In this document: piece by piece, positions 10,893 through 22,869 of the stretch
Layout: each line of letters starts with the position of its first letter
Numbering within the stretch: the stretch's first letter is position 1
Assembly: GCA_049860595.1 (NCBI GenBank)
Contig: CP187551.1
Direction: 5' to 3' (one strand)
Origin: Methanocaldococcus sp. 16A
Lineage (GTDB): Archaea > AGJL01 > Methanococci > Methanococcales > Methanocaldococcaceae
Length of the DNA stretch: 64,000 nucleotides
The notes under the pieces: generated by a model
What the model saw: the letters and a program-made list of their open reading frames with translations, nothing else
The model's database searches: none
Told to the model about the DNA's origin: nothing
Program-made: the position numbers and the translations under genes

Positions 10893-11918
10893 ATGAAAGA
10901 AGTGGCAATAATTGGAGCTACTGGATATACAGGGGCTGAGTTGTTAAGATTATTAGCAAATCATGAAAAAGTTAATGTAACTTATATAACCTCAAGAAAA
11001 GAAGATGGAAATCATGTTTTTAAAGTCCATCCACATTTAAAAGGTATTGAAAAATATAAAGATTTGTATTTCACTGGAGATATTGATAAGGTTGAAGCAG
11101 ATTTAATATTTACTGCAACACCACACGGAGCTTCAATGGATATAGTTCCAGATTTTATTGAGAGGGGAATGAAAGTTATAGATTTAAGTGGAGATTACAG
11201 ATTTGAGGATTTAAGCTTATATGAAAAATATTATAAAATAAAACATAAAGGATTGCCAGATGTAAAAATTGCTTATGGATTGCCAGAGTTGCATAGAGAG
11301 GAAATAAAAAAAGCTCAACTTGTAGCAAATCCTGGATGTTTTCCTACTGGAGCTATTTTAGCAGTAACCCCATTAGTTAAAGAGAATATTATAGAGGAAA
11401 GAATTATATTTGACTCAAAAACTGGAGTTAGTGGAGCTGGAATAAATCCTACAGAAACTACCCACTTCCCAAATGTAAATGAGAACATAAACCCTTACAA
11501 AATAACTACTCACAGACACACTCCAGAGATTGAAAAAGAATTAAAAAAACTTGGAAAAGCAAAAGTTTCATTCACCCCTCACTTAGCTCCAATAACAAGA
11601 GGAATTTTAACAACTGCACATACATTTTTAGCTAAGGATGTTGATAGGGAAGAAATAATTAAACTATATGAAAAATTCTATGAGAATGAGATTTTTGTTA
11701 GAGTATTTTCAGATGAGATTCCAAAATTAACTTGGGTTAGGGGTGCAAACTTCTGTGATATTGGAGGGTTTGAGATAGATGAACATGGTAGATTGGTTGT
11801 TATCTCAGCAATAGATAATTTGGTTAAAGGGGCGAGTGGGCAGGCAATACAAAACATGAATATAATGTTTGGATTTGATGAAAAAGAAGGGTTATTTGGA
11901 ATTGGATTAAATCCATAA
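10893..11918 (+). CDS. argC: N-acetyl-gamma-glutamyl-phosphate reductase
   Basis: [15 protein letters not shown] and [11 protein letters not shown] motifs. Confidence 0.97.
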   Translation: MKEVAIIGATGYTGAELLRLLANHEKVNVTYITSRKEDGNHVFKVHPHLKGIEKYKDLYFTGDIDKVEADLIFTATPHGASMDIVPDFIERGMKVIDLSGDYRFEDLSLYEKYYKIKHKGLPDVKIAYGLPELHREEIKKAQLVANPGCFPTGAILAVTPLVKENIIEERIIFDSKTGVSGAGINPTETTHFPNVNENINPYKITTHRHTPEIEKELKKLGKAKVSFTPHLAPITRGILTTAHTFLAKDVDREEIIKLYEKFYENEIFVRVFSDEIPKLTWVRGANFCDIGGFEIDEHGRLVVISAIDNLVKGASGQAIQNMNIMFGFDEKEGLFGIGLNP

Positions 11919-11950
11919 AATCCCTTTTTATTTTTTATAGAGGTGATTGT

Positions 11951-12622
11951 ATGAAAGTTGCTGTTTTGTATTCTGGAGGAAAAGATTCAAACTATGCTTT
12001 GTATTGGGCATTAAAAGAAGGTTTTGATGTAAAATATCTTGTGAATGTTGAGAGTGAAAATAAAGAAAGTTATATGTTCCACATTCCAAATGTGCATTTA
12101 ACTGAGTTGAGTGCTGAGGCAGTAGGTATTCCTTTAATAAAACTATATACAAAAGGAGAAAAAGAAAAAGAAGTAGAAGATTTAAAAAAAGGGCTTAAAA
12201 AATTAGATGTTGAGGGAATTGTTACTGGAGCGATAGCAAGTGTTTATCAGAAATCAAGGATTGACAGAATTTGTGAGGAACTTGGATTAAAATCTTTTTC
12301 CCCATTATGGCACAAAGACCCTGAATGGATTTTAAGAACTGTGAGTGAGCTTTTTGATGTTAGAATTGTTGGAGTTTATGCTTATGGATTAGGTAGAGAA
12401 TGGTTAGGAAAACGAATAACAAAAGAAAATATTGATAAATTATTAAATATTTGTGAAAAGTATGGAATACATAAAGCATTTGAAGGAGGAGAAGCTGAAA
12501 CATTCGTTTTTGATTCCCCAGTATTTAAAAAAAGAATTGAAGTTGTTGAAGCAGAGATAGAATGGCATGAAACTTGGGGAATCTACCATATTAAGAAAGC
12601 AAAATTAGTTGATAAGGAATAA
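11951..12622 (+). CDS. dph6: Diphthine--ammonia ligase family ATP pyrophosphatase
   Basis: PP-loop [20 protein letters not shown]. Confidence 0.85.
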   Translation: MKVAVLYSGGKDSNYALYWALKEGFDVKYLVNVESENKESYMFHIPNVHLTELSAEAVGIPLIKLYTKGEKEKEVEDLKKGLKKLDVEGIVTGAIASVYQKSRIDRICEELGLKSFSPLWHKDPEWILRTVSELFDVRIVGVYAYGLGREWLGKRITKENIDKLLNICEKYGIHKAFEGGEAETFVFDSPVFKKRIEVVEAEIEWHETWGIYHIKKAKLVDKE

Positions 12623-12631
12623 AGGGATATA

Positions 12632-13510
12632 ATGATTAGGATAGGAACAAGAGGTAGTAAGTTAGCATTATATCAAGCAAATAAGGTTGCTGAAAAATTA
12701 AAGAATTTAGGATATGATGTTGAGATAAAGATAATTAAAACAACTGGAGATAGAGTTTTAGATAAAAAACTTTCGGATATTGGTATTGGTGTCTTTACAA
12801 AAGAATTGGATTTGGCTATGTTAAATAATGAAATAGATATAGCTGTTCATAGCTTAAAGGATATTCCAACTATCTGGAATGAAAACTTAATGGTTGGGGC
12901 AGTTTTGGAAAGAGATAGTTATTATGATTTGTTAATTTGGAATAAAGATATTGATTTTGATGAAAATAGCGAGATAGTTATAGGAACTTCAAGTTTAAGA
13001 AGAAGAGCTTTTTTAAAGTTTATTTATACAAATGCAAAATTTGAACTGTTGAGGGGAAATGTAGATACAAGATTAAGAAAGCTAAAAGATGGGCTTTATG
13101 ATGCTATTGTTTTATCTGAAGCTGGAATAATTAGATTAGGGATTAATTTAGATGATTTTAACTATAAGAGGTTAGATATTCTTCCAGCTCCTGCTCAAGG
13201 AATTATAGCTGTTGCTTGTAAAAGAGATGATAAAGAGATGAGAAATATCTTAAAAGAAATTAACCATGAAAAAACTTATTTAGAATCAACTTGTGAAAGA
13301 ACTGCATTAAATGAATTTGGGGGAGGTTGTAGTGTTCCATTTGGAGCTTTAGCAATTTATGATGAAAAAAATAAAACATTAAAATTAAATGCAGGAGTTG
13401 TTATAAATGATGAGCTAAAAAAAGCTTTTGGAGAAATAAAATGTAAAATTGATGATGTTGATAAGGCTATTGAGCTTGGAAAAAAGATTGGGATTAAGTT
13501 GAAAAATTAA
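12632..13510 (+). CDS. hemC: Porphobilinogen deaminase
   Basis: GTRGSKLAL, AVHSLKD, GTSSLRR, RGNVDTR and GGCSVP motifs. Confidence 0.97.
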   Translation: MIRIGTRGSKLALYQANKVAEKLKNLGYDVEIKIIKTTGDRVLDKKLSDIGIGVFTKELDLAMLNNEIDIAVHSLKDIPTIWNENLMVGAVLERDSYYDLLIWNKDIDFDENSEIVIGTSSLRRRAFLKFIYTNAKFELLRGNVDTRLRKLKDGLYDAIVLSEAGIIRLGINLDDFNYKRLDILPAPAQGIIAVACKRDDKEMRNILKEINHEKTYLESTCERTALNEFGGGCSVPFGALAIYDEKNKTLKLNAGVVINDELKKAFGEIKCKIDDVDKAIELGKKIGIKLKN

Positions 13511-13878
13511 TTTTTATATTTTTCTATGAAATTCTTTAATCTCTCCAAAACTTCATCAGACATTGCATGCTCTAGCTTACACGCCTCTTCAGAAGCTGTT
13601 TTTTCATCTAAAGCTAAAAACTCTACCAAGAATGTTTTGATAGTTTTATGCTTATCCAAGATTTTTTTAGCTTCTTCTAAACCTTTTTCTGTTAAAGATA
13701 TTCCAATATATGGCTCATAATTTATATAGCCTAATTTATGCAGCTTTTTTGCCATGTTTGTAACTGCTGATGGTTTTATATTTAATAATTTAGCTAATTC
13801 AGTTGTTTTTATTGGTCTATTGTTTTCTTTTGTAAATAGATAAATTCTCTCTAAGTAATCTTCAATACTTTGTGACAT
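13507..13878 (-). CDS. DtxR/MntR-family metal-dependent transcriptional regulator
   Basis: EDYLERIY, HTH, EACKLEH. Divergent from feoAB. Confidence 0.92.
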   Translation of the reverse strand: MSQSIEDYLERIYLFTKENNRPIKTTELAKLLNIKPSAVTNMAKKLHKLGYINYEPYIGISLTEKGLEEAKKILDKHKTIKTFLVEFLALDEKTASEEACKLEHAMSDEVLERLKNFIEKYKN

Positions 13879-13911
13879 GATGCCACCGAAAGGTTTTTAT
13901 ACTCTGCATGT

Positions 13912-13956
13912 AATTATTTAACTACAGTTAAAAGTTTTAATTATAGTTAAATAATT
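13912..13956. promoter_or_regulatory. Palindromic candidate operator for the DtxR-type regulator
   Basis: AATTATTTAACTA-cag-TTAAAA-g-TTTTAA-tta-TAGTTAAATAATT, lying between the divergent regulator and feoA. Confidence 0.6.
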
Positions 13957-13983
13957 TAATCATATATAAATATTGTGGTAGTT

Positions 13984-14205
13984 ATGTATCCATTGGCTTT
14001 TGCTAAAGAGGGAGAGGAAGTCATTGTAAAGAGTATTAACGCTGGATGTGGAGCTATGCAGAGATTGACAAGTATGGGGATAAATATAGGGAGTAGAATA
14101 AAAGTTATAAGAAATCAAAATGGACCGGTAATAGTGTCAGCAAGAGGATGTAATATTGCAATAGGAAAGGGGTTAGCAATGAGAATAATTGTTGAAAGGG
14201 CGTAA
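13984..14205 (+). CDS. feoA: Ferrous iron transport protein A
   Basis: RLTSMGINIG...GPVIV...IAIGKGLAMRI. Upstream of feoB. Confidence 0.92.
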   Translation: MYPLAFAKEGEEVIVKSINAGCGAMQRLTSMGINIGSRIKVIRNQNGPVIVSARGCNIAIGKGLAMRIIVERA

Positions 14206-14294
14206 ATGTTTTGAAAAATGTTTTACAAAAAAGTATAAAACAATTATAATTAGTTTATTTAGTTTATAATGTTATTTACCAAATGGTGGAGAAA

Positions 14295-16313
14295 ATGGGT
14301 AATAAATATGAAATAGCTTTAATCGGCAATCCAAATGTTGGTAAATCTACACTATTTAATGCTTTAACTGGGGAAAACGTCTATATAGGAAATTGGCCTG
14401 GTGTTACAGTAGAAAAAAAAGAGGGAGAGTTTGAATTTAATGGAGAGAAATTTAAAGTTGTTGATTTACCTGGTGTTTATAGTTTAACAGCTAATTCTAT
14501 TGATGAAGTTGTTGCAAGGGATTACATAATAAATGAAAAACCAGACTTAGTTGTTAATATTGTTGATGCCACAGCCTTAGAGAGAAATCTATATTTAACT
14601 TTACAATTAATGGAGATGGGAGCTAATTTATTATTAGCTTTAAATAAAATGGATTTAGCAACGAGTTTAGGGATAGAGATTGATGTGAATAAATTAGAAA
14701 AGATTTTAGGAGTTAGAGTAGTTCCATTATCTGCAGTAAAAAAGATGGGCATTGATGAATTGAAAAAAGCGATATTTGAAGCAGTTAATAATAAAAAATT
14801 AGCAGAGATTAAATATCCACACTTTGAGCCATATATTAAAAAGATTGTATCAATTTTACAGAAAGATGAAAACTTAAAGAAATATAATTTAAGATATTTG
14901 GCTATAAAGTTACTTGAAAAAGATAATTATGTAGAAGAGATTGTAAAAAATAGCAAAGTTTGGAATGAACTAAATCCAGTTTTAGATAATATATTAAAAG
15001 AATTATCCAAAAAATACGGGGAGGCTGAGTTGGGAATAGTTGAAGAGAGGTATAAAGTTATTGATAAAATTGTTAAAGAAGCTGTTAAAAAGAAATCTGG
15101 AAAACTAACAACTACACAAATGCTTGATGATGTTTTAACTGATGAAAAAATAGGGACTTTATTGATGATTCCATTTCTATGGATGTTATTTAAGTTTACA
15201 TTTGATGTTTCAGCTCCGTTTTCAGCTATGATAGAGCATATCTTTGGATTTTTGGCAGAGGTTGTGAAATCATCTATATCTAATAAATTAATAGCTTCAT
15301 TATTAGCTGATGGTATTATTTCTGGGGTTGGGGCGGTTTTAGTATTTTTCCCAATATTGGCATTTTTGTTTTTTGCTTTGTCTTTCTTAGAAGATAGTGG
15401 ATATATGGCGAGAATTCCATTTATAGCAGATAGAGTTATGAATAAATTTGGTTTGCCAGGGAAAGCAGTAATTCCATTAGTTATGGGTTTTGGTTGTAAT
15501 GTTCCAGCAATAATGGCTGCAAGAACTATAGAAGATAAGAAAGATAGAATTCTAACCATATTAATAAATCCATTAATATCCTGCTCTGCAAGATTGCCTA
15601 TCTATGCATTATTTGCTGGAGCATTGTTTTCAAAATATCAAGGAATTGTGATTATAAGCATGTATGCTCTTGGGTTAGTTTTAGCTTTAATCACAGCAGT
15701 TCTATTTAGAAATTTTGTATTTAAAACATCTCCTTCATACTTAATTGTTGAACTTCCTCCCTACCATATCCCACATTTAAATATAGTCCTGAAAAATACT
15801 TGGGAGAGTGTTTATGACTTTTTAAGAAAGGCAGGGACAATAATAGTCTTTGGGGTTACGTTAGTTTGGCTTCTCTCTATTTATGGGCCTTCAGGATACT
15901 TAGGTGTGGAAGCTTTAGAGAATCCTCAAATAATAGCTAATTCTTATGTTGCATTAATTGGAAAAACTTTAGCTCCAATATTTAGCCCAATGGGTTGGGA
16001 TTGGAGAGCATGCTCTGCTTTGGTGTTTGGAGTTATAGCTAAAGAGGTTGTAGTTGGAACTTTAGCTATGCTATATGGGGTTGGAGAAGAAAATTTAACT
16101 CATATTATTGTAAATGCCTTCACTCCAGTATCAGCCTTAGCATTTATGGCATTCTCTTCACTATACCTCCCATGTATAGCAACATTGGCTGTAATTAAAC
16201 ATGAAATTGGGTGGAGATGGGCATTGTTTGCTGTTGCTTATGGAATAGCATTGGCTTATGTTGTAGCTTTAATAATCTCGGTTGTTGGAATGGGACTTTC
16301 GCAGTTTATATAA
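14295..16313 (+). CDS. feoB: Ferrous iron transport protein B
   Basis: [21 protein letters not shown] and NKMD GTPase motifs plus membrane domain (GFGCNVP, YLPC). Confidence 0.97.
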   Translation: MGNKYEIALIGNPNVGKSTLFNALTGENVYIGNWPGVTVEKKEGEFEFNGEKFKVVDLPGVYSLTANSIDEVVARDYIINEKPDLVVNIVDATALERNLYLTLQLMEMGANLLLALNKMDLATSLGIEIDVNKLEKILGVRVVPLSAVKKMGIDELKKAIFEAVNNKKLAEIKYPHFEPYIKKIVSILQKDENLKKYNLRYLAIKLLEKDNYVEEIVKNSKVWNELNPVLDNILKELSKKYGEAELGIVEERYKVIDKIVKEAVKKKSGKLTTTQMLDDVLTDEKIGTLLMIPFLWMLFKFTFDVSAPFSAMIEHIFGFLAEVVKSSISNKLIASLLADGIISGVGAVLVFFPILAFLFFALSFLEDSGYMARIPFIADRVMNKFGLPGKAVIPLVMGFGCNVPAIMAARTIEDKKDRILTILINPLISCSARLPIYALFAGALFSKYQGIVIISMYALGLVLALITAVLFRNFVFKTSPSYLIVELPPYHIPHLNIVLKNTWESVYDFLRKAGTIIVFGVTLVWLLSIYGPSGYLGVEALENPQIIANSYVALIGKTLAPIFSPMGWDWRACSALVFGVIAKEVVVGTLAMLYGVGEENLTHIIVNAFTPVSALAFMAFSSLYLPCIATLAVIKHEIGWRWALFAVAYGIALAYVVALIISVVGMGLSQFI

Positions 16314-16365
16314 AATTTATAATGTGGGAGGATGCCTTTAGAAATTCATTCCTGCGAAAGACCTA
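16291..16365. repeat. Shortened MJRE-type element overlapping the feoB 3' end
   Basis: TGGGACTTTCGCAG...CTGCGAAAGACCTA with flanking direct repeat TTGGAA. Confidence 0.85.
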
Positions 16366-16392
16366 TTGGAAATCTATTATAGGTGATTAGTT

Positions 16393-16821
16393 ATGGATAT
16401 AAAAAATATAAAGAATATTATGGTTTCTATATCTTTAGTATATGGAATTTTATTTTCAGTTTCTGGAATTATTGAGATAATAATTGGGGCTTATTCAATA
16501 TTAGGAGTTGAGATAAATTTACCTTTATTTGTTGGGGATGTATTTGGTGGTTTGGCATTATTGGCTGTGGGGATAACATACTTTTTGGGAGTAAAAAAAG
16601 CAGTAGATGAAGATATAAAAGCAGTTTCTTATTTATTTACAGCTTCAATCATTGGTTTGGGTATAGGAATAATTGCTTTTTTATTTTTAGTATCTAATGC
16701 TATTGGATTTTTGTTAGGTTTTGAGGATTGGGCAGATTGGAGTGTTTTTAATGATTTAACCATATATTTGATTTTAGGGGCGCTTGCAATAATTCCATAT
16801 AAAATTGTTAAAACATTATAA
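16393..16821 (+). CDS. Small membrane protein (MJ0565-like)
   Basis: Four hydrophobic segments; AGGTGA RBS. Confidence 0.7.
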   Translation: MDIKNIKNIMVSISLVYGILFSVSGIIEIIIGAYSILGVEINLPLFVGDVFGGLALLAVGITYFLGVKKAVDEDIKAVSYLFTASIIGLGIGIIAFLFLVSNAIGFLLGFEDWADWSVFNDLTIYLILGALAIIPYKIVKTL

Positions 16822-16918
16822 AAATTATATTCTTAATTTTATTTTATTGATAGGATTGAAAAATTAGGAAATTAATAAAATTAAATAGAAAAAATAAAAA
16901 TTTTGTATTGTAATAAAA

Positions 16919-17314
16919 TTATTCAATAATCTCAATAGCTTTAAATGGACAAGCTTTCATACAATTTTTACAACCAACACACTCTTCCTCTTTAAACACT
17001 ACGTTATATTCTTCATCCATATATATTGCATTTATTGGACATTGAGTGATACAGCAACCACAATGCACACATTTCTCTAAATCTCTTTTTATAACCTTAG
17101 AGATTTCTTCAACTTCTCCAAACTTTGATAAATAATCTAAAGCTTTCTCTACTGTTTCTTTATTTCCAAACAACTCCAATATTAAAAATGCTTCCTGTGG
17201 CTCTACTTTTGCCTTTAAAATGTTTATCTTAACTCCTGTATTCAATATAGTATCAGAAATAACTGGCTCATTTATATGCTCTGAGGCAGTCCAGTAGTAT
17301 ATTCTCTTCCTCAT
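16919..17314 (-). CDS. NIL-domain 2x[4Fe-4S] protein, partner of aspartate-semialdehyde sulfurtransferase (MJ0099-like)
   Basis: INIL motif; [12 protein letters not shown] and [12 protein letters not shown]. Confidence 0.85.
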   Translation of the reverse strand: MRKRIYYWTASEHINEPVISDTILNTGVKINILKAKVEPQEAFLILELFGNKETVEKALDYLSKFGEVEEISKVIKRDLEKCVHCGCCITQCPINAIYMDEEYNVVFKEEECVGCKNCMKACPFKAIEIIE

Positions 17315-18840
17315 TTTTTCCCTCCGAATAATCTTGAGATATCTTCAGATGTTACAATACCAACAACTCTTCTATAGTCATCAACCACAGGAACTCCTGA
17401 AATGTTGTGTTTGCTCATCTTTCTTGCTACATGGTCAACTGGTTCATCTTCATGAGCAGTTATTACATTTCTTGTCATTATTTCTTCAATTGTTTTCTTA
17501 TTTTGAGCAAGAGCTTTAGCTATATCCCATGATGTAATAATTCCAACTAATCTTCCATATTCATCAACAATTGGTAGATGGTTTATGTTATGCTTTATTA
17601 GAATCTTAGCAGCTTCCATAATAGATATATTGCTTTGAGCAGTTATTGGGGGCTTGCTTAAGATATCTTTGACTAATGTTATTGGTGATTTCATTGGCTT
17701 ATATTCTGCTCTTCCTAATGTATCAACTCTTTCTGTTAATAGGAACTTTCCATCTAAAATCCATTGTTTGAGTGTTTCAGCAACTTCTCTAGCCATCTTA
17801 TAGCTTGAGACAGAACCAGTTTTTACAGTCTTTTCTATCTCTTTTCCATCTACATTAACTCTTAAAGTTATTTTTCCACTTCTTAATACTTTATAGTTTG
17901 TTTTTGCTATTAATGGTCTATCTCTTCTTGGAGTTCCATAGTCATAGATTGGAACTTCTATGTCTTCATCTCTAATAGCACATCTTTCAGCTATCTTTTC
18001 ATTTAAAACTGGAATTGGAATCCCTAAACCAACATATAAAGTACTTCCATATTTTGGCATTGTAGCAGCCCTTATAAATTTAGGGTCCATCTGCTTTAAA
18101 TCTCCTTTAACCATCAATGTTCCGAATGGTGGGTTGTGTTGTGTTCCCTCACCAATAACATATCCAATTCCTCCTCCTAAGAAAATTCTTGTTCCAATAC
18201 CTATTGTGTTAAATGATTTTGTTTCTGGATTATAGTCGTTTTGTAAAGGGTTGAGTTGCCCAGCTCCTGAGTAATGGACATTGTTGTATTCTGGTAGAAG
18301 AATTCCCATATATGTATAGATTTTTTCATCTCTACTGTTTGTTGCTGCTGCGTAGGTTTGATAACCGTTTCTTGGATTTACCATAATTGCCTGATTAACA
18401 TCATCTAATGTTATCTTAACATTAACATCTTTTCTTGGATAGCAATCTGTTGTGTAACCTTCAGCATAAAGTTCAACTTCTTTCCCTCTAACTAAATCCT
18501 CTATAACATGAGCTCCTCCATAATCAATATCTACATCAGGGTCTTCATTTGGCTGTGTAGCTCCTATATAGGTATCAACAGCTGCTAAACCTCCATAAGC
18601 TTCAACATTGTTTAAATAAATCTTTAACATCTTTATTGGAGGGTCAGAATGTCCAAAGTTTATAAATACACCAGATGAACACATAGCTCCAAATGTTCCT
18701 GTAGTTACAACATCAACATAGTCAGCTGCTCTCTTAGCTCCTTCCTCTTCAACAATTTTTATCATTTCTTCAGCAGTTACAACAACAGCTTCTCCTTTTT
18801 TAATCTTTTCATTAATTTCTTGAATTGTTTTCATAATCAT
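17311..18840 (-). CDS. L-aspartate semialdehyde sulfurtransferase (homocysteine synthesis; DUF39 + CBS pair, MJ0100-like)
   Basis: [15 protein letters not shown] motif plus C-terminal tandem CBS domains. Confidence 0.9.
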   Translation of the reverse strand: MIMKTIQEINEKIKKGEAVVVTAEEMIKIVEEEGAKRAADYVDVVTTGTFGAMCSSGVFINFGHSDPPIKMLKIYLNNVEAYGGLAAVDTYIGATQPNEDPDVDIDYGGAHVIEDLVRGKEVELYAEGYTTDCYPRKDVNVKITLDDVNQAIMVNPRNGYQTYAAATNSRDEKIYTYMGILLPEYNNVHYSGAGQLNPLQNDYNPETKSFNTIGIGTRIFLGGGIGYVIGEGTQHNPPFGTLMVKGDLKQMDPKFIRAATMPKYGSTLYVGLGIPIPVLNEKIAERCAIRDEDIEVPIYDYGTPRRDRPLIAKTNYKVLRSGKITLRVNVDGKEIEKTVKTGSVSSYKMAREVAETLKQWILDGKFLLTERVDTLGRAEYKPMKSPITLVKDILSKPPITAQSNISIMEAAKILIKHNINHLPIVDEYGRLVGIITSWDIAKALAQNKKTIEEIMTRNVITAHEDEPVDHVARKMSKHNISGVPVVDDYRRVVGIVTSEDISRLFGGKK

Positions 18841-18975
18841 AACCTCTACTTAATTTTTGGGTAATCTCTAAAATATATAAAAAGACATATAAAAATTTTA
18901 AAGTTTTAAACTATTAAAAAATTAAAATTAAATTATCAATTATGATAAATAGAAAATAAAAAAGAAATTATCACT

Positions 18976-20331
18976 TTAAATATCTTTATACATTAATTGT
19001 CTCAGTATTTGCCCTAACGGACCTCCAATTCTTAGCATTTTACCTTTTCTCAGCTTATCTATAGCATTTTTTGTAGTTTCATAGTATCTCAAAACCTCTC
19101 TAACGTCATTTTCTGTAGTTCCTGAACCTCTTGCAATTCTCCTTATCCTTGAAGCTTTAATAATCTTTGGGTTTTCTCTCTCTTCCTTAGTCATTGAGCT
19201 TATAATTACTTTATACTTCTTTATTTTTGCTTCAGTTAGATGAGAGAGTTCTTTAGGCATCGCTCCTCCAAATCCAGGAATCATACTTAAAATTTTTTTC
19301 ATTGAACCCATGTTTTCAATAGCTTCTAATTGGGTCATCAATTCATTTAAGGTAAATTTCCCTCTCATTATTGCATCTATACTTTCCTCTGTTTTTTCAT
19401 CAACCATATCTTCAGCTTTTTCTAATAAGCTATCCAAATCTCCCATCCCTAACAATCGAGATATAAATTTTTTAGGATCAAATGGTTCTAAATCATCTAT
19501 TCCTTCACCAATACCAATAAATTTTATAGGAGCTCCTGTTTCAGCAACTGCACTTAAAGCTCCCCCTCCTTTAGCAGAACCATCCAACTTTGTAACTATA
19601 ATACTTCCAATCTCTCCAACAGCTTCTTTAAATGCTTTAGCTTGAATTCCAGCTTGTTGCCCAATAGTTCCATCTATAACTAAAATAATTTCATCAGGAT
19701 TTGTAATATCTTTAATTTGCTTCATCTCCTCTAATAAGCCTTTTTCCTCTTTATGTCTTCCAGCAGTATCTATAATTAAAACATCTGCTTTCTTAAATTT
19801 CTCCAATCCTTCTTTAACAATTTCTAATGGAGATTTTGTTCTAGTCTCATCACCATACAATGGCACATGGATTTTTTCAGCTAACTGTTTTAATTGCTCA
19901 TAAGCTGCTGGCCTATAAGTGTCGGCAGCAATTAAAGCAGGTTTTAATCCTCTTTTTTGAATATATCTTGCTAATTTTGCTGCTGTTGTTGTTTTCCCAC
20001 TACCTTGAATCCCTACTAATAAAATAATATTTTGTCTTTTTGGACTTAATTCTAATTTTTTTGCTTCCTCTCCTAACAACTTAACCAATTCTTCATAAAC
20101 AATTTTTATAATATGTTCTTTCTTTGATAATCCTTTTGGAGTTTCTTCTTCTAAAGCTCTTCTTTCTATCTCTTTACTCATCTTTAAAACTAATTTTACA
20201 TTGACATCAGCTTGTATCAAAGCCCTTTGAATGTCTTTTATAACTTCCTTTATTAATTTTTTATCAACAAATGTAGCAGCTTTTAATTTATTTAAAGCTT
20301 TGTTTAAGCTTTCTCCTAATTTATCGAGCAT
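18976..20331 (-). CDS. srp54: Signal recognition particle protein Srp54
   Basis: [28 protein letters not shown] domain RIARGSG. Confidence 0.97.
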   Translation of the reverse strand: MLDKLGESLNKALNKLKAATFVDKKLIKEVIKDIQRALIQADVNVKLVLKMSKEIERRALEEETPKGLSKKEHIIKIVYEELVKLLGEEAKKLELSPKRQNIILLVGIQGSGKTTTAAKLARYIQKRGLKPALIAADTYRPAAYEQLKQLAEKIHVPLYGDETRTKSPLEIVKEGLEKFKKADVLIIDTAGRHKEEKGLLEEMKQIKDITNPDEIILVIDGTIGQQAGIQAKAFKEAVGEIGSIIVTKLDGSAKGGGALSAVAETGAPIKFIGIGEGIDDLEPFDPKKFISRLLGMGDLDSLLEKAEDMVDEKTEESIDAIMRGKFTLNELMTQLEAIENMGSMKKILSMIPGFGGAMPKELSHLTEAKIKKYKVIISSMTKEERENPKIIKASRIRRIARGSGTTENDVREVLRYYETTKNAIDKLRKGKMLRIGGPLGQILRQLMYKDI

Positions 20332-20390
20332 AATATCACCAAATTAAACTCTATATAGGGCATAAATAAAAATTTTTCTATTTTTTAAAA

Positions 20391-20467
20391 TAGAAGTTTT
20401 GCAGTTTATATACTCAATTTAAGAAAATTATGAAGGATGTAAAATATTTATTCTTGCAAAAGTCATA
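20391..20467. repeat. Degenerate MJRE-type element
   Basis: TAGAAGTTTTGCAGTTTATA...TATTTATTCTTGCAAAAGTCATA. Confidence 0.65.
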
Positions 20468-20484
20468 TTAATTTGAGATTTGCT

Positions 20485-21039
20485 TTAATCAGCTCTCCAT
20501 CTTTTAAATAGGTTGTTTTCTATTCCTAAGATGTCTAAAATCCTCCCAACAACAAAATCTACTATATCATCAACAGTTTTTGGTTTGTGGTAGAAAGCAG
20601 GAATTGGTGGCATTATAACAGCTCCTAAATTTGATAATTTGAGCATATTTTCTAAATGTATGCTGTTTAATGGCATTTCTCTTGGCATAATAATTAATTT
20701 CCTTCTTTCTTTTAGAGCAATATCGCAAACTCTAACTATTAAATTAGCAGAATATCCGTTAGCAATAGCTGAGAGAGTTTTCATTGAGCAAGGTATAACT
20801 ATGACGGCATCAAATTTGTTTGAGCCAGAAGCAATTGGAGAGAAAAAGTCATTATTTTCATAATAATTAGAAGCTAATTTTTTTAACTCTTTCCAATCAA
20901 TGTTAAGTTCCTCTTTAATTATTTTCTTAGCTGAATTTGAGATAATTAGATTAACTTCAGCTCTATCTTTTAAAACCTCTAATAATCTTTTTGCGTAAAT
21001 AACTCCACTCGCTCCGGTTATGCAAACAATAATTTTCAT
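20485..21039 (-). CDS. ubiX: Flavin prenyltransferase
   Basis: ITGASG, ASGS, PCSMKTL, LKERR and PPIPAFYHKP motifs. Confidence 0.95.
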   Translation of the reverse strand: MKIIVCITGASGVIYAKRLLEVLKDRAEVNLIISNSAKKIIKEELNIDWKELKKLASNYYENNDFFSPIASGSNKFDAVIVIPCSMKTLSAIANGYSANLIVRVCDIALKERRKLIIMPREMPLNSIHLENMLKLSNLGAVIMPPIPAFYHKPKTVDDIVDFVVGRILDILGIENNLFKRWRAD

Positions 21040-21138
21040 TTTATCACAGAACATTCTTTTAATAATTTTTACATATATCTAAATATATGGATACACCTAA
21101 TTAAAAATAAATATTATCAAAAAACAACAATAAAAAAA

Positions 21139-21250
21139 TGGTGCCGAGGGAGGGATTCGAACCCTCGACCTCCCGGTTTCCCAGGACCCAGGCAAAAAGC
21201 CTGGGATGTCCGTATGAGCCGGGCGCTATAACCAGCTAAGCCACCTCGGC
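21139..21250 (-). tRNA. Elongator tRNA-Met(CAT) with 35-nt BHB intron (21178-21212)
   Basis: Reverse complement GCCGAGG...CCCGG CTCATA[intron]A CCGGG...TTCGAAT...ACCA; bulge-helix-bulge at 37/38. Confidence 0.93.
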
Positions 21251-21341
21251 ACGCAACATCATTATAATTAGAAACCCCTATATATACTTTTCGGCGTAAG
21301 ATTTATATAGAGAGGTTTATAAATAACATTTGCCTATAAGG

Positions 21342-21429
21342 GCGGGGGTCGCCAAGCCAGGTCAAAGGCGCCAGATTGAGGGTCTGGTCCCGTAGGGGTT
21401 CGCGGGTTCAAATCCCGTCCCCCGCACCA
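21342..21429 (+). tRNA. tRNA-Leu(GAG)
   Basis: CCAGA-TTGAGGG-TCTGG anticodon arm, long variable arm, ends ACCA. Confidence 0.95.
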
Positions 21430-21558
21430 TTTATTGAGCTATTTTTGATGTTTTATAAATAAGTAAGATATAATCGAATTTTAGATTATTTAACTCCCTA
21501 AAATTTTAGAATTATTCACATTATTTTAATTAATGTAAATATTTAAATTTGTGGGATT

Positions 21559-22860
21559 ATGGTATGTTTAGATTTATCACAATATAGGATGATAACAGAT
21601 GTTAAAAACAAAGATAATATGCTAATTCTCGAAATAAATAAAATTTATGAAGTTGAAGTAGAAATTCCTTATGAAGAAGTTGAAATTGATGGCTCAATAA
21701 TAAAAATTAATGCTCATCCAAAAAGAGCTGAAAATATAAAGGTTGGAATTTTAAACTTAATCTCTTACAGCATAGCCAACAATTTAAAGAGCAAGATAAC
21801 AAAAAGAAAAACCATATATATAAATGAGCCAATTCCTTTGGTTGGGCATACAGCTTTTGGTTTAATTGAGAGAGGGAGGAACATTATACAAGTTAGAGGG
21901 CATTGCGGTTGTAATTTAAATTGCATATTCTGCTCAGTGGATGAAGGAGAGTTCTCTAAAACAAGAAAAAACGATTACTACGTTGATTTAGATTATTTAA
22001 TTGAGAATTACAAAAAGATTGTAGATTTTAAAGAAAATAAGTTTATTGAGGCTCACTTAGATGGGCAGGGAGAGCCAGCCCTTTATTATCCATTAGTTGA
22101 TTTGGTTCAAGAATTAGCTGAGATAAATAAAAAAGGTAAAGGTATTGTTTCTATGCAAAGTAATGGGACAGTTTTAGATTATAAGTTAATTGATGAGCTT
22201 GAAGAAGTTGGATTACATAGAATAAATCTATCTATAAATGCTTTAGATGAAAGAATGGCTAAAATGCTCTCTGGTAGGAGAAATTATGATATTGAGAAGA
22301 TTTTAGATATTGCTGAATATATAAAAAACTCTAAGATTCATCTGCTTATAGCTCCTCTTTTATTACCAAACATAAATGATGAGGAATTTAAAAGAGTTAT
22401 TGATTATGCTATTAATTTAGAAAAGAGAAATCCTCAAAATATTATAAACCCTCTAACAGGAAAAAAGGACCCTATTTTAGGATGCCAATTATGTAGAGTT
22501 TATCAATTAGGTAGAAGACCTAAAAAAATGAAGATTTGGGATTTTGAGAAGTTTTATAATTTGTTGAGGAAATATGAGTTAGAATATAAGAAGAATGGCA
22601 TTGAAGTTAAGCTTATTCTATCTCCAAAAGATTTTGGAACGCATAAAAGGAAAAGATTGCCTTATCCATTTAAAGTTGGTGAGATAACAAAGGTAAAAGT
22701 AGTTTTAGATGGAAGAGTTAAAGGAGAAGTTTTGGGAGTAGCTAAAGATAGGGTTATCCAGATAATTAACTGCAATAATGAGCAGAATATAATAGGAAAA
22801 ACAGTTAAAGTAAGAATTTTGAGAAATAAAGACAATATAATTGTTGCTGAAAAGTTATAA
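21559..22860 (+). CDS. Radical SAM protein with C-terminal TRAM-like domain (MJ0103-like)
   Basis: CNLNCIFC motif and DGQGEP. Confidence 0.85.
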   Translation: MVCLDLSQYRMITDVKNKDNMLILEINKIYEVEVEIPYEEVEIDGSIIKINAHPKRAENIKVGILNLISYSIANNLKSKITKRKTIYINEPIPLVGHTAFGLIERGRNIIQVRGHCGCNLNCIFCSVDEGEFSKTRKNDYYVDLDYLIENYKKIVDFKENKFIEAHLDGQGEPALYYPLVDLVQELAEINKKGKGIVSMQSNGTVLDYKLIDELEEVGLHRINLSINALDERMAKMLSGRRNYDIEKILDIAEYIKNSKIHLLIAPLLLPNINDEEFKRVIDYAINLEKRNPQNIINPLTGKKDPILGCQLCRVYQLGRRPKKMKIWDFEKFYNLLRKYELEYKKNGIEVKLILSPKDFGTHKRKRLPYPFKVGEITKVKVVLDGRVKGEVLGVAKDRVIQIINCNNEQNIIGKTVKVRILRNKDNIIVAEKL

Positions 22861-22869
22861 GGTGATAGT

